A DNA stretch of 64,000 nucleotides from an uncultured Gammaproteobacteria bacterium (GTDB lineage: Bacteria; Patescibacteriota; Patescibacteriia; Magasanikbacterales; GWA2-37-8): contig CAZINT010000001.1 of NCBI GenBank assembly GCA_964540825.1, forward strand, positions 142,735 to 206,734, given 5' to 3'. The first letter of the stretch is position 1, and each line of letters opens with the position of its first letter. The notes beneath the pieces are model-generated. The model was not told where the DNA came from. It did no database searches and was given only the letters and a program-made list of their open reading frames with translations. This document shows, piece by piece, positions 1 through 9,568 of this stretch. Position numbers and translations under genes: made by a program.

Positions 1-810
1 AACAATGGCGACACCTGGCAGGCAGCGACTCAGCTCGCGGGCAAGTATATTTATGGCGTAGCTGTTGATCGGCGCGACAAGTGTACGATTTTTGTCACTG
101 ACGGGCCGTCGATTTATAAAACAACAGACTGCAGTCGCAGCTGGCAAACCGTGTATACGGAAGGAAGGCCTGATCAGCGCTTAGTCGCGATCGCGGCTGA
201 TGTGCAAAATTCAAATATTATTTATGGTGCTTTAGTTGGCGGCGATATTCTGATGAGCAGTGATTCGGGGGCAAGTTGGCGTGTTGTAAAACGCTTTGGG
301 GTTAATGTGGAAGATTTGGTGGTTGATACCGGCACTCCAGGGCGAATGTATGTGGCTACGTACAAAGACGGACTTTTTCGCTCGGATGATCGAGGCACGA
401 CGTGGTCTAATGTGAGCGCTGGACTCAATGCTTTTACGGGCAGTACGCAATTTTATCGCTTGATAATTAATCCGAGTCGACGCAATAGCTTGTTCTGGAT
501 CTCTAAATATGGCATCCTGCGCTCAGACGACGCCGGGGCCAGCTGGACTGACCTCAAGTTGATTACTCCGCCGGGAAGTGTTAATATTTATGCCTTCGCG
601 GTCAATCCGGCCAATGAGAACGAAGTATATTATACGGGCACCATTTTAGGCGATAAAAACGCTAATGTTCGCTCTACGTTCTACCGTTCGACCGACGGAG
701 GTAAACAATGGGTCACCAAGAAACTGCCCACCAACACTATCCCCGTTGGGATCGTTATTAATCCCAGCCAGCCAAATATGCTCCTTATGGGCTTCACTAC
801 AGCTAACTAA
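1..810 (+). CDS. BNR/Asp-box repeat protein (sialidase/Ycf48-like beta-propeller), 5' end truncated by window
   Basis: Frame 1 is open from nt 1; repeated S-x-D-x-G-x-T-W Asp-box motifs (SSDSGASW, RSDDRGTTW, RSDDAGASW, RSTDGGKQW). Confidence 0.7.
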   Translation, partial: NNGDTWQAATQLAGKYIYGVAVDRRDKCTIFVTDGPSIYKTTDCSRSWQTVYTEGRPDQRLVAIAADVQNSNIIYGALVGGDILMSSDSGASWRVVKRFGVNVEDLVVDTGTPGRMYVATYKDGLFRSDDRGTTWSNVSAGLNAFTGSTQFYRLIINPSRRNSLFWISKYGILRSDDAGASWTDLKLITPPGSVNIYAFAVNPANENEVYYTGTILGDKNANVRSTFYRSTDGGKQWVTKKLPTNTIPVGIVINPSQPNMLLMGFTTAN

Positions 811-817
811 TATAGAT

Positions 818-1366
818 ATGAATATTACCGATTTTAAAAAGGATTTTGAAGACGTGGTCGAATTTTTTAAGACCGATATCACGGCGCTCCGTACTGGTCG
901 CGCGTCTACAGCCATTGTTGAAAATATCATGGTCGAGGCGTATGGTACGAGCCAACAGCTTAAGGGCACGGCTTCAATCACGGTCGCTGACGCTAAAACA
1001 CTCACGATTGAACCGTGGGACAAAGGGCTTCTTGCCGCTGTTGAAAAAGGAATACGTGACTCTGGACTCGGGATTAATCCAGTCAATGATGGGCGCCTTA
1101 TCCGCCTTTCACTTCCCGAGCTTACCAGTGATCGCCGCGCCGAACTCGTTAAAGTGTTACACCAAAAAATTGAGCAGGCTAAAATTTCGGTACGCAAAGT
1201 TCGTGAAGATATTCGTGGCATGATCGCAAGCGAAGAAAAGGAAAAGAATATTACCGAAGATGATAAATATAGTTTACAGGAAGCGTTGGATAAAGTTGTC
1301 AAAGAATATAACGAAAAAATTGACGCACTTGGTGCAGCTAAAGAAAAAGATATAACAACGGTTTAA
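818..1366 (+). CDS. frr: ribosome recycling factor
   Basis: 183 aa from ATG 818 (MNITDFKK...); full-length similarity to RRF. The listed ORF start at 665 overlaps the upstream gene and is an artefact. Confidence 0.9.
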   Translation: MNITDFKKDFEDVVEFFKTDITALRTGRASTAIVENIMVEAYGTSQQLKGTASITVADAKTLTIEPWDKGLLAAVEKGIRDSGLGINPVNDGRLIRLSLPELTSDRRAELVKVLHQKIEQAKISVRKVREDIRGMIASEEKEKNITEDDKYSLQEALDKVVKEYNEKIDALGAAKEKDITTV

Positions 1367-1376
1367 TAATTTTAGT

Positions 1377-2762
1377 ATGCCTGAAGCTCACGAGAAAGAA
1401 AATGTAATGGAAAAAATAATTTCACTGTGTAAACGCCGCGGGTTTATCTTTCCGGGGTCGGAAATATATGGCGGACTGGCCAATAGTTGGGACTATGGCC
1501 CGCTTGGTCATCAGTTAAAACAAAACATTAAAGCCGCTTGGTGGAAATTTTTTGTGCAGGAGCGCGATGACATGGTCCCTATGGACACGGCGATTATTAT
1601 GAACCCAAAAGTTTGGGAAGCTTCGGGGCATCTTCAGAATTTTAGCGATCTTTTGGTCGAATGTAAGAGCTGCCACCATCGTTTTCGCGAAGATCATCTG
1701 CTCGAAGCTAAAGCGCTCGAGCCAGAGTATGACAAAGAGAAAGCCTTGTCGATTAGTGAAATTGATTGTCCGGATTGCGGCGGCAAACTCACTGCGCCAA
1801 AGAGCTTTAACCTCATGTTCAAAACATATTTGGGTGTAACCGAAGATACGCAGTCAGTGGCCTATCTCCGCCCGGAAACAGCTGCCGGAATGTTTGTGAA
1901 CTTCAAAAATGTTGTTCAAGCCACGCGCCGCCGCTTGCCATTTGGTATTGCCCAGATCGGTAAAAATTTCCGTAACGAAATTACTCCCGGTAATTTTATT
2001 TTCCGCACCCGTGAGTTTGAAATCGGTGAGTTTGAATATTTTATTCGGCCAAGCGACTGGGAACAATTATTTGAAATGTGGCTCTCGGAAATTAAACGTT
2101 GGTGGAAAGATGTCATGCAGATTAACATGGATAATTTGGTTTGGCACGAGATCCCCGATGGCGAACGAGCCCACTACAGTAAGCGCACGATGGATATCGA
2201 ATACAAATATCCATTTGGCGTAAAAGAATTGCACGGTATTGCCTACCGTACTGATTTTGATATGCAGCGCCACCAGACTATGAGCGGTCAGGATTTGACC
2301 TACCAAGACCCCGAAACGAACGAGAAGTTTTTGCCGCACGTGATTGAGCCGACGTTTGGTATTGATCGCATGTTGCTTGTTTGTCTCCTTGAAGCGTACC
2401 GCGAAGAAGCTGCGCCAACCGCCACCGAAGGCGAGACGGATATGCGTATCGTGATGAAATTTCCAAAACATCTGGCACCAATCAAAGTGGCTATTTTGCC
2501 GCTGTCCAAAAAAGAAGAATTGTCCTCGGTTGCCAAAGGTTTGGCTAAAGAATTGCGTAAACATTTTACAGTTGATTATGATGAGACGCAAAGCATTGGT
2601 AAGCGCTATCGCCGTCAGGACGAAATTGGTACGCCGTATTGTGTAACTGTTGATTTTGATTCTTTGGAAGATAAAAAAGTAACGGTACGCGATCGCGATA
2701 CTATGGAGCAGGAGCGTGTTGCGATGAGTGATCTGACTGCATATTTACAAGCTAAGTTCTAA
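1377..2762 (+). CDS. glyQS: glycine--tRNA ligase (class II, dimeric GlyQS type)
   Basis: KRRGF..PGSEIYGG..NSWDYGP, class II motifs. Alternative start at 1407 (MEKIIS). Confidence 0.9.
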   Translation: MPEAHEKENVMEKIISLCKRRGFIFPGSEIYGGLANSWDYGPLGHQLKQNIKAAWWKFFVQERDDMVPMDTAIIMNPKVWEASGHLQNFSDLLVECKSCHHRFREDHLLEAKALEPEYDKEKALSISEIDCPDCGGKLTAPKSFNLMFKTYLGVTEDTQSVAYLRPETAAGMFVNFKNVVQATRRRLPFGIAQIGKNFRNEITPGNFIFRTREFEIGEFEYFIRPSDWEQLFEMWLSEIKRWWKDVMQINMDNLVWHEIPDGERAHYSKRTMDIEYKYPFGVKELHGIAYRTDFDMQRHQTMSGQDLTYQDPETNEKFLPHVIEPTFGIDRMLLVCLLEAYREEAAPTATEGETDMRIVMKFPKHLAPIKVAILPLSKKEELSSVAKGLAKELRKHFTVDYDETQSIGKRYRRQDEIGTPYCVTVDFDSLEDKKVTVRDRDTMEQERVAMSDLTAYLQAKF

Positions 2763-2768
2763 AACTGT

Positions 2769-4064
2769 ATGTACCACGTTTCCACGCTTAAAAATGGCAT
2801 TACGCTCATAACTGTTCCTGTTAAAGGTACCAAGGCGACTACGGTGTTAGCCATGTTTCCGGTTGGTTCGCGCTATGAAGATCCGCGTATTTTGGGTTGT
2901 TCGCATTTTGTAGAGCATCTCATGTTCAAAGGAACGATCAAGCGCCCCACCACACTTGATATTTCGCGCGCGCTTGATTCGTACGGTTCACAGTACAATG
3001 CTTTTACCAGTAAAGAATACACGGGCTACTACATTAAAATTGCCGGTAACAAGCAAACGGTTGCGTATGATATTTTGTCGGACATGCTCTATAATTCGCA
3101 GTTTGTAAAAGAAGAAGTAGAAAAAGAGAAGGGTGCGATTGTGGAAGAACTTCGCATGTACAAAGATAATCCGCTCATGGATATTGAAAATATTTTTGAG
3201 TCACTGCTTTTTGGCGATACGCCGCTCGGCCGCGAGATTGGCGGCAGCGAGAGAACGGTCCGTGGCGTCACCCGTGAAGAGCTTTGGGAATACTATCAGA
3301 AGCACTATTCACCCAAGAATATGGTGGTGGTCGTCGCGGGCGAGGTTGATCGCAAAAAAATTAAGGCAGTCCTGCCAAAACACTTTGCAACCAAAGAAGC
3401 ACCTAAAGGTGCGTTTAGTTTAAAGTATTACAAAAAGGATTTTGAAAAAATTGAGTATTTTAAAAAGAAGCTGCCGATCGCTGAGCGTGTGCATGTGCAC
3501 CAGAAAAAAGTCGATCAGTCGCAGATTATGCTCGGTTTCCCGGGTCTGGCGTATAACAGCAAGCAAGAAGACGTGCTTGATGTTTTGTCGACCATTCTTG
3601 GCGGTGCAATGAGCTCGCGTCTTTTTATCGAAGTCCGTGAACGCCGTGGGCTCGCGTATATGATCAGAAGCGGTGGAACCTTCTTCCGAGATACCGGAGC
3701 GGTGTACATCCAAGCAGGGCTTGATCCGGCGCGTATGGCTGAAGCGATCAAAGTCATCAAAGAGCAGCTCCAAAAAATGAAAGATGAAAAAGTCACCGAA
3801 AAAGAATTGGAGGACGCCAAGAACAATATTGCCGGGGGCATTGCATTAACCATGGAAGATTCCCACAATCAGGCAAATTGGTTTGCGGAAGAATTTATTT
3901 TCGCCAATAAAATTGAAACACAAGAAGAAAAAATTAGAAAAATCAGAAAAGTAACCGCTGGGCAGATTCAGAAATTAGCTCAGGAATTATTTGATTTCGA
4001 TCAATTGCGCGTTGCTGCGATTTCAACTGTCTCTAAAGAAAAAATAGTCGACATGCTCACATAA
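2769..4064 (+). CDS. M16 family zinc peptidase (pitrilysin-like)
   Basis: Inverted zinc motif HFVEHLMFKGT (HxxEH); ~430 aa two-domain architecture. Confidence 0.8.
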   Translation: MYHVSTLKNGITLITVPVKGTKATTVLAMFPVGSRYEDPRILGCSHFVEHLMFKGTIKRPTTLDISRALDSYGSQYNAFTSKEYTGYYIKIAGNKQTVAYDILSDMLYNSQFVKEEVEKEKGAIVEELRMYKDNPLMDIENIFESLLFGDTPLGREIGGSERTVRGVTREELWEYYQKHYSPKNMVVVVAGEVDRKKIKAVLPKHFATKEAPKGAFSLKYYKKDFEKIEYFKKKLPIAERVHVHQKKVDQSQIMLGFPGLAYNSKQEDVLDVLSTILGGAMSSRLFIEVRERRGLAYMIRSGGTFFRDTGAVYIQAGLDPARMAEAIKVIKEQLQKMKDEKVTEKELEDAKNNIAGGIALTMEDSHNQANWFAEEFIFANKIETQEEKIRKIRKVTAGQIQKLAQELFDFDQLRVAAISTVSKEKIVDMLT

Positions 4065-4068
4065 TATT

Positions 4069-4842
4069 TTGCCTATGGAAAACGCTGTCCGACCACTGTA
4101 TGTATTGGCTAATTGGAAAATGTACTTGGACTATGAGGAAAGTCTAGCTTTAGCTCGTAGTTTACAAACCATGAGTGACGTTCCGGAAACGCTCCGGCTG
4201 GCCGTGTTTCCGAGCGCCTTGGCTTTGGCGGGCGTTCAGAATTTGCTTGCAAAGACGCCTGTTAGGACGGGTGCTCAGAATATCCATTGGGTTGATAAAG
4301 GCGGATATACCGGCGAAATTTCGGCGCCTATGTATGAACGCCTGGGGGCAGCGTATGCTTTGGTCGGACACTCTGAACGACGTCATTTATGCGGCGAAAC
4401 CAATCATGATGTGCGTCAAAAAATGGAAGCAGCCCTTCTTGCTGGGCTGACGCCGGTTTTGTGTGTGGGCGAAACAGCCGCTGAGCGTGAAAAAGGTCAG
4501 GAGGTAGAAGTGGTCGAAGCGCAGCTTCGGGCGGCCTATACCGGTATTGTTTGGCCGGCTGACAGATCGATTGTGATTGCCTACGAACCGGTTTGGGCAA
4601 TTGGAACTGGCCTTGCCTGCGATCCTGAAGAAGCTGGGCGCATGCATACGCTGATTGCAACTTTTGCCCGTGCTCTTGTGTCCACGGGCGAGATGAGTGT
4701 GGTCTATGGCGGAAGTGTACGGCCCGAAAATGTGCTGGGATACTTTAGGCAACCGCAAGTGAGCGGGGTATTGATTGGTGGAGCTTCGCTAAAGCCGGAA
4801 AGTTGGGATGGAATCATGGCGCAAATCAGAACACTGTTTTAA
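4069..4842 (+). CDS. tpiA: triosephosphate isomerase
   Basis: ANWKMY..VGHSERR..AYEPVWAIGTG..GGS motifs. Confidence 0.9.
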   Translation: MPMENAVRPLYVLANWKMYLDYEESLALARSLQTMSDVPETLRLAVFPSALALAGVQNLLAKTPVRTGAQNIHWVDKGGYTGEISAPMYERLGAAYALVGHSERRHLCGETNHDVRQKMEAALLAGLTPVLCVGETAAEREKGQEVEVVEAQLRAAYTGIVWPADRSIVIAYEPVWAIGTGLACDPEEAGRMHTLIATFARALVSTGEMSVVYGGSVRPENVLGYFRQPQVSGVLIGGASLKPESWDGIMAQIRTLF

Positions 4843-5754
4843 TTGTTTTTTATGCTTGCTATTTTTTTGACGGTCATTTTTGTTGTGGCGCTGCTGGGTA
4901 TTGGATACATTATTGCACGTCGTTTTCCCCAGTTGTCTAACCTCGACGTTCAGGGGCTTCCAGAAGAGCAGGCAGCACGCAAGAAACGAGAAATTATCGG
5001 CAAACGTGTTGACGAACAGACGCGAAATTTTCAGTCCGTACTCAGCAAGCGTTTGCAGCCGCTCGCAACACCATGGCGTAAACTGCAACTGCGCTTCAGG
5101 GTATATGTTGGTAAAATGGAGCGCTTGTGGCATCACGAAGAAGCAATTAAAAAAGCTGCTAACCCACCTGAGCAGCTTAACGATGCCGATAAAGAACAAA
5201 AATTACTGCAGCTTATTCAAGAAGGAAATAATAGCCTCAATCATGAACATTATGAGCAGGCCGAAGAGTCATTTATTGCCGCAATTAAGATTAACCAAAA
5301 CTCAGCCGCAGCATATCGCGGGTTAGCCGATACATATTTTGCCAAAGAAAATTATACCGAAGCCAAAGAGACCTACCGGTTTTTGCTGCAGCTCGAACCG
5401 GACAACGATAGTGTTCTTGCGAAGCTGGGTGAAATTGCCGAGCAGCAGGGTAATACTGAAGAGGCGATTGAGTGTTACCAGCAAGCGGTAGTCCTGAACG
5501 ACCTCTTGTCGCCGCGGTTTTATCACCTTGCTGAACTCCTTATAAAGGTTAAAGAGCCGGCAGCTGCCCTCGAGGCGCTGCGATCGGCTATTGAGCTTGA
5601 GCCCAAGAATCCAAAATATCTTGACTTATTAATTGAAGTTGCTATACTACTTGGCGACAAGAAACTGGCCTCGGAAGTATATAGCGAACTTCGGCTGGTC
5701 AATCCGGAAAATCAGAAACTTGATAGTTTTAAGAGCCGGATAGAGGAATTATAG
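4843..5754 (+). CDS. TPR-repeat protein with N-terminal transmembrane anchor
   Basis: N-terminal hydrophobic helix followed by several tetratricopeptide-like repeats. TTG start at 4843 or ATG at 4852. Confidence 0.6.
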   Translation: MFFMLAIFLTVIFVVALLGIGYIIARRFPQLSNLDVQGLPEEQAARKKREIIGKRVDEQTRNFQSVLSKRLQPLATPWRKLQLRFRVYVGKMERLWHHEEAIKKAANPPEQLNDADKEQKLLQLIQEGNNSLNHEHYEQAEESFIAAIKINQNSAAAYRGLADTYFAKENYTEAKETYRFLLQLEPDNDSVLAKLGEIAEQQGNTEEAIECYQQAVVLNDLLSPRFYHLAELLIKVKEPAAALEALRSAIELEPKNPKYLDLLIEVAILLGDKKLASEVYSELRLVNPENQKLDSFKSRIEEL

Positions 5755-5761
5755 TCTTTTT

Positions 5762-5843
5762 GGGCAGTTACCCAAGCGGTCAACGGGGGCAGACTGTAAA
5801 TCTGCTGGCTCAGCCTTCCAAGGTTCGAATCCTTGACTGCCCA
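5762..5843 (+). tRNA. tRNA-Tyr (GTA), long variable arm
   Basis: Acceptor GGGCAGT/ACTGCCC, anticodon loop cuGUAaa, long variable arm, T-loop TTCGAAT. Near-identical architecture to E. coli tRNA-Tyr. Confidence 0.85.
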
Positions 5844-5877
5844 CACGCTACGAGTCGTGAAAATACTCACATACCAT

Positions 5878-5953
5878 GCCGCCTTAGCTCAGCTGGTAGA
5901 GCAGCTGTTTTGTAAACAGCAGGTCGTCGGTCCGAGCCCGACAGGCGGCTCCA
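5878..5953 (+). tRNA. tRNA-Thr (TGT), CCA encoded
   Basis: Acceptor GCCGCCT/AGGCGGC, anticodon loop ttTGTaa, 3' CCA present. Confidence 0.85.
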
Positions 5954-5972
5954 ATAAACGTTGGAAACGAAT

Positions 5973-6045
5973 GCCGATGTAGCTCAGTTGGTAGAGCACG
6001 TCCATGGTAAGGACGGGGTCAGCGGTTCAAATCCGCTCATCGGCT
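5973..6045 (+). tRNA. tRNA-Thr (GGT)
   Basis: Acceptor GCCGATG/CATCGGC, anticodon stem CGTCC/GGACG with loop atGGTaa, T-loop TTCAAAT. Confidence 0.85.
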
Positions 6046-6053
6046 CTAAAGAA

Positions 6054-6089
6054 AATGACTATTTCTCAAAATAGTCATTTTTTATTTTT
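6054..6089 (+). terminator. intrinsic terminator after tRNA cluster
   Basis: Hairpin AATGACTATTT/AAATAGTCATT followed by a T-run. Confidence 0.5.
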
Positions 6090-6157
6090 AAGTTTGATAT
6101 TTATATAATTGTGGCGTACACTTGGTGGTGTAAAAGTATTTTTAAAAATACTGTGCT

Positions 6158-6601
6158 ATGAAAAAATTTATTCAAAAAAACGTTTTGTATGTCGCCTTTG
6201 GTCAGGCATTTGTGGCCATGATGACGAGCTTATATTTTAGTGAAGTCATGAAATTGCCGCCGTGCCTGCTGTGCTGGTACCAGCGTATTGCTATGTATCC
6301 GCTGGTGGTTATTTTGTTAGTAGGTTTTGTTGAAAAAGATGCCAAGGTTGTTCGCTACGCGTTGCCATTCTCGCTCGCCGGGCTTGGAATTTCGATCTAT
6401 CATAATTTGTTGTATTACGGGATTGTACCCGAGAGCCTTGCTCCGTGTACCCTTGGAGTTTCGTGCACGACGAAATTTTTTGAATGGTTTGGTTTTGTCA
6501 CTATTCCATTTCTTTCATTCCTGGCGTTCATGATTATCACTATCTGTTTAATTATTGCGGCTACGTATAAAAAAGAATCGAATCCTGAACCGGCAGTATA
6601 A
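6158..6601 (+). CDS. disulfide bond formation protein B (DsbB/BdbC family)
   Basis: Four-TM protein with CLLC and a second Cys pair (C..C) in loops. Typical DsbB/BdbC layout. Confidence 0.75.
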   Translation: MKKFIQKNVLYVAFGQAFVAMMTSLYFSEVMKLPPCLLCWYQRIAMYPLVVILLVGFVEKDAKVVRYALPFSLAGLGISIYHNLLYYGIVPESLAPCTLGVSCTTKFFEWFGFVTIPFLSFLAFMIITICLIIAATYKKESNPEPAV

Positions 6602-6612
6602 AACTGAAATTA

Positions 6613-6642
6613 AAAAACTCACCCTTCATTGGGTGAGTTTTT
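6613..6642 (+). terminator. intrinsic terminator of the dsbB-like gene
   Basis: CTCACCC-ttcatt-GGGTGAG followed by TTTTTT. Confidence 0.55.
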
Positions 6643-6761
6643 TAGCATAGTGCGTTTTCCACTCCGCCCTATCACTGGCCTAAATTATTTTAGATAAGTG
6701 ATAGAGCGGACGGAGTGGGAGGTCCTCTGCCGCGTCCGTGGGGAGGGTGTAGAGAGCGTTG

Positions 6762-7349
6762 CTAGCGCATGATGAGTGCGATGGCGCCGCTGATTGTCGC
6801 CGCCAGCAGGGTCCCGACGGCACAGGCCGAGACCAGGTGCCTCCGATTCCAGACCTCGCCCTGATCGAACTGGTCGATCGGGATGATCTGGGGGGTGATG
6901 GTCGTCAGTGCCTCGGCGCGAGGCAGCACCGTCGTTGGGCGAAGCGCCGCGGGCATGGGGCAGGTCTTGCCATCATGCAAGACCTGCCGCAGCCTCTCGA
7001 CTGCGGGAGTCTCGATCACCTCGACATGGTGATCGCGTCGCGCAGTGGTCACCGGCAGGGGCTGGGTCGCCGCGGTCGTGCTGACCTTCACTTGGGCCAT
7101 CTGCTGGGTCGTAGCGACCTTGCTGACGACCTGGGGCAGCTGCTGTGTGGAGCTGCGCCGGAGTTGGTGAAGGATCAGGAACTCGTCGCGCTTCTCGTAT
7201 CGCTCATTGGTGAGCGGTTCGGGAGCCATCGCACAGATTCGGCGTGCCTCGTCTGAGTCGTGAGCGACCTGTTCTGCTGGGGTTTCGTACCCCAACAACT
7301 CCCACGCCTCGCGCGGGTCAGGACTACCATTCAGGTTTTGACTGGACAT
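6762..7349 (-). CDS. hypothetical tail-anchored membrane protein in GC-rich islet
   Basis: ~62% GC ORF. Probable start at MSSQNL (7349), preceded by a GGGGG RBS. Single C-terminal TM (LVSACAVGTLLAATISGAIALIM). No recognisable domain. Confidence 0.5.
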   Translation of the reverse strand: MSSQNLNGSPDPREAWELLGYETPAEQVAHDSDEARRICAMAPEPLTNERYEKRDEFLILHQLRRSSTQQLPQVVSKVATTQQMAQVKVSTTAATQPLPVTTARRDHHVEVIETPAVERLRQVLHDGKTCPMPAALRPTTVLPRAEALTTITPQIIPIDQFDQGEVWNRRHLVSACAVGTLLAATISGAIALIMR

Positions 7350-7665
7350 GGGTAAAACCCCCTTCTTCGGGAGAACATTTGGAATCGTAGCGGTGGACTC
7401 GACTAACATATATTAGCCAAATTCACCGCTCAGATTTTTTAAAGGTGCAAAATCAAATTAATTGGCCTAGTAAGGCTTGTATAATTCGACAACCGAGTCT
7501 AGCACAAAATCGGTGTTTTGTCAAGGGGTATTTGGGATATTTTGGCTAATTTTTGGCTTTTTAGTCTAGTGGAGCTGGAATATAAAAGCGGAAAGCAACC
7601 TTTTTTGGCTTGAGAGTAGCAATAGGTTGGTGGTACAATGAATATCTATTCTTGTATAATGCTCT

Positions 7666-8604
7666 ATGCGTCGTTCATCTGAACAAGGCAGAAACCCCGA
7701 ACAAAAACCTCTTTTTAAAGATTATTACGCCGTCCTAGACCTAGAGTTTTTGGCGGATGCTGATGAAATTAAAAAAGCGTATCGCCAAAAAGCCCTAGAA
7801 CTTCATCCTGATAGAGGAGCTAGTTCGGATGAAAAGCGTTTCAAAGAGGTTGCTGAAGCATATCAAATACTTTCGAAACCAGAGAGTAAAGTGGCTGTGG
7901 ACCGGGGATATATCGAACATCGTTCTGAAGAAATGTTTGCCAGATTAGAGCAGAGTGGTTTCAGAGAGTTTACGAATAAACCTGCGCATTACGAAACGCT
8001 TGCACGCGACGAAGAAACATTTTTTACTAAACTTTTTCCCAGCGCTTCGGACCAAGCCAAGGCTACTGAAGTTCTAGAAGGCGTGGGGTTCAAGCGGCCG
8101 ATAAAAATGGAAGAACGCTTTCCGTACCAGTTTGTCACTGAGTACCCGTCTGATTTGGATCCTAAGAGTCGATTTTACGAGGACGAAGGAATGTTTATTG
8201 TCTACTCACCGGGGACAGTACGCGCCTACGCGGAAGCATGTGCGCGCGCCAAGAACCGTTTGCAAACCACCATGGATGAACACGGTTTATTTGAAAAAAT
8301 AAGTCTTTTGCCAAAGGTGCAGGAATATCTTGAAACTGCCTCGCGTAAATTTTTTACGGATCAGGTGATTCGTTTCAGTGAAGCCGTAACGGCTTTGTAC
8401 GGATCAAAAGAAAAGCGAAAAAAAACGGAAGCGCTTTTAGTAGAGCGTGACGCCTGGATACAGAAGGTTCAAAGCTATGACGATGCTGATCTTGTGAATC
8501 AGTTAAATTCAGAAGAATATTCGCATGATAGAAAGCAGCAATTGATTCAAGAAATGAAAACAAAAAAACAAGGATACATTGCGCTTCTTAAAACTTTCGA
8601 TTAA
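7666..8604 (+). CDS. J-domain (DnaJ-like) protein with uncharacterised C-terminal region
   Basis: [32 protein letters not shown] contains the HPD motif. No Gly/Phe region or zinc-finger repeats. Confidence 0.8.
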   Translation: MRRSSEQGRNPEQKPLFKDYYAVLDLEFLADADEIKKAYRQKALELHPDRGASSDEKRFKEVAEAYQILSKPESKVAVDRGYIEHRSEEMFARLEQSGFREFTNKPAHYETLARDEETFFTKLFPSASDQAKATEVLEGVGFKRPIKMEERFPYQFVTEYPSDLDPKSRFYEDEGMFIVYSPGTVRAYAEACARAKNRLQTTMDEHGLFEKISLLPKVQEYLETASRKFFTDQVIRFSEAVTALYGSKEKRKKTEALLVERDAWIQKVQSYDDADLVNQLNSEEYSHDRKQQLIQEMKTKKQGYIALLKTFD

Positions 8605-8610
8605 TCTTCT

Positions 8611-9069
8611 ATGCCAAAACTTTTTGTTGACAAAACCATTGAGATCAACGCCCCAGCCACTCGTGTTTGGGATGCTCTTACGAAACCAGAATATACCAAC
8701 GAATGGGCGAAAGAATTTTCAAGCGGCGGACCGATGTTCCACATCAAGTCGAAGTGGGGAATGGGGGACAGGGTCGAATGGAAAGCAGAAGATGGTACCG
8801 TGATTGTGGAAGGCACGGTTACCAAACTCGAGCCGCTTAAACTGCTTCGCTACACTGTGGCTGACACACGCAGTGAAAAAATGAAATTTTCTGATGAAGA
8901 CGGCATCACCTATGAACTTCATGAAAATTTAGGGGTAACGAGTTTGCATATTTTGCACGGTGATTTTTCGGTGATGCCAGAAGGCGAAAAATATTGCCGC
9001 ATGTCCGCGGAGACGTGGGAGCGCGTGCTACCGAAAGTGAAAGAGTTTGCCGAGCGCTCGACAAAATAA
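8611..9069 (+). CDS. SRPBCC superfamily protein (AHSA1/Bet v1-like)
   Basis: ~150 aa; N-terminal INAPATRVWDALTKPEYTNEW is typical of AHSA1-type SRPBCC domains. Confidence 0.7.
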   Translation: MPKLFVDKTIEINAPATRVWDALTKPEYTNEWAKEFSSGGPMFHIKSKWGMGDRVEWKAEDGTVIVEGTVTKLEPLKLLRYTVADTRSEKMKFSDEDGITYELHENLGVTSLHILHGDFSVMPEGEKYCRMSAETWERVLPKVKEFAERSTK

Positions 9070-9115
9070 GGGGGTTACAGTACTAAAGAAGGGGTTTATT
9101 CTTAATATTACATAT

Positions 9116-9547
9116 ATGATGAACTACGATCTTACCGCAACAAATACAATTACTTTCAATGCCCCGGTTGAAAAAGTTTGGGATGCACTTGTTAACCCGG
9201 AAAAAATTAAACAATACCTCTTTGGCACGAATGCTGTATCCGACTGGAAAGAAGGAAGTGATTTGTTTTTCCGCGGCGAGTACAGTGGCCAAACCTACGA
9301 AGATAAAGCCAAGATTATTACCCTTCAGCCAAACAAGAAATTTGAATATACGTACTGGAGCGCTTTCTCAAAGTTGCCGGATGTACCCGAAAATTATAGC
9401 CACCTCACGTTTGAGCTGGAAGGTGCTGGTGACACCACGACGCTTACCTATACACAAACTGGCTTTGCGAATGAAGAAGGCCGTGATCATTCGGTGAAGA
9501 ATTGGGAGAGTGTGATGGAAGGGATGGAGAAGGTGGTGGAAGGATAA
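9116..9547 (+). CDS. SRPBCC superfamily protein (AHSA1/Bet v1-like), tandem paralog
   Basis: Start at MMNYDL (9116), after an AAGAAGGGG RBS. FNAPVEKVWDALVNPEKIKQY is parallel to the upstream gene. Confidence 0.7.
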   Translation: MMNYDLTATNTITFNAPVEKVWDALVNPEKIKQYLFGTNAVSDWKEGSDLFFRGEYSGQTYEDKAKIITLQPNKKFEYTYWSAFSKLPDVPENYSHLTFELEGAGDTTTLTYTQTGFANEEGRDHSVKNWESVMEGMEKVVEG

Positions 9548-9568
9548 AAAGTTTAAAGTTATTATTTT

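Noticed and set aside
665-817. N-terminal extension of frr printed in the ORF track (start 665)
   Set aside because: It overlaps the end of the BNR-repeat gene in another frame. The canonical RRF N-terminus begins at ATG 818.
2067-2591. 174-aa ORF antisense to glyQS, and similar antisense ORFs inside secA, the ATPase and cysS (e.g. 35291..35905, 36143..36652, 51441..51770, 55745..56275)
   Set aside because: Fully contained in well-supported genes on the opposite strand, with no independent support.
6759-7256. Plus-strand 165-aa ORF overlapping the minus-strand gene in the first GC-rich islet
   Set aside because: Arg/Gly/Asp-rich translation typical of antisense reading of GC-rich DNA. No RBS. 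The minus-strand model has a clear RBS and TM tail.
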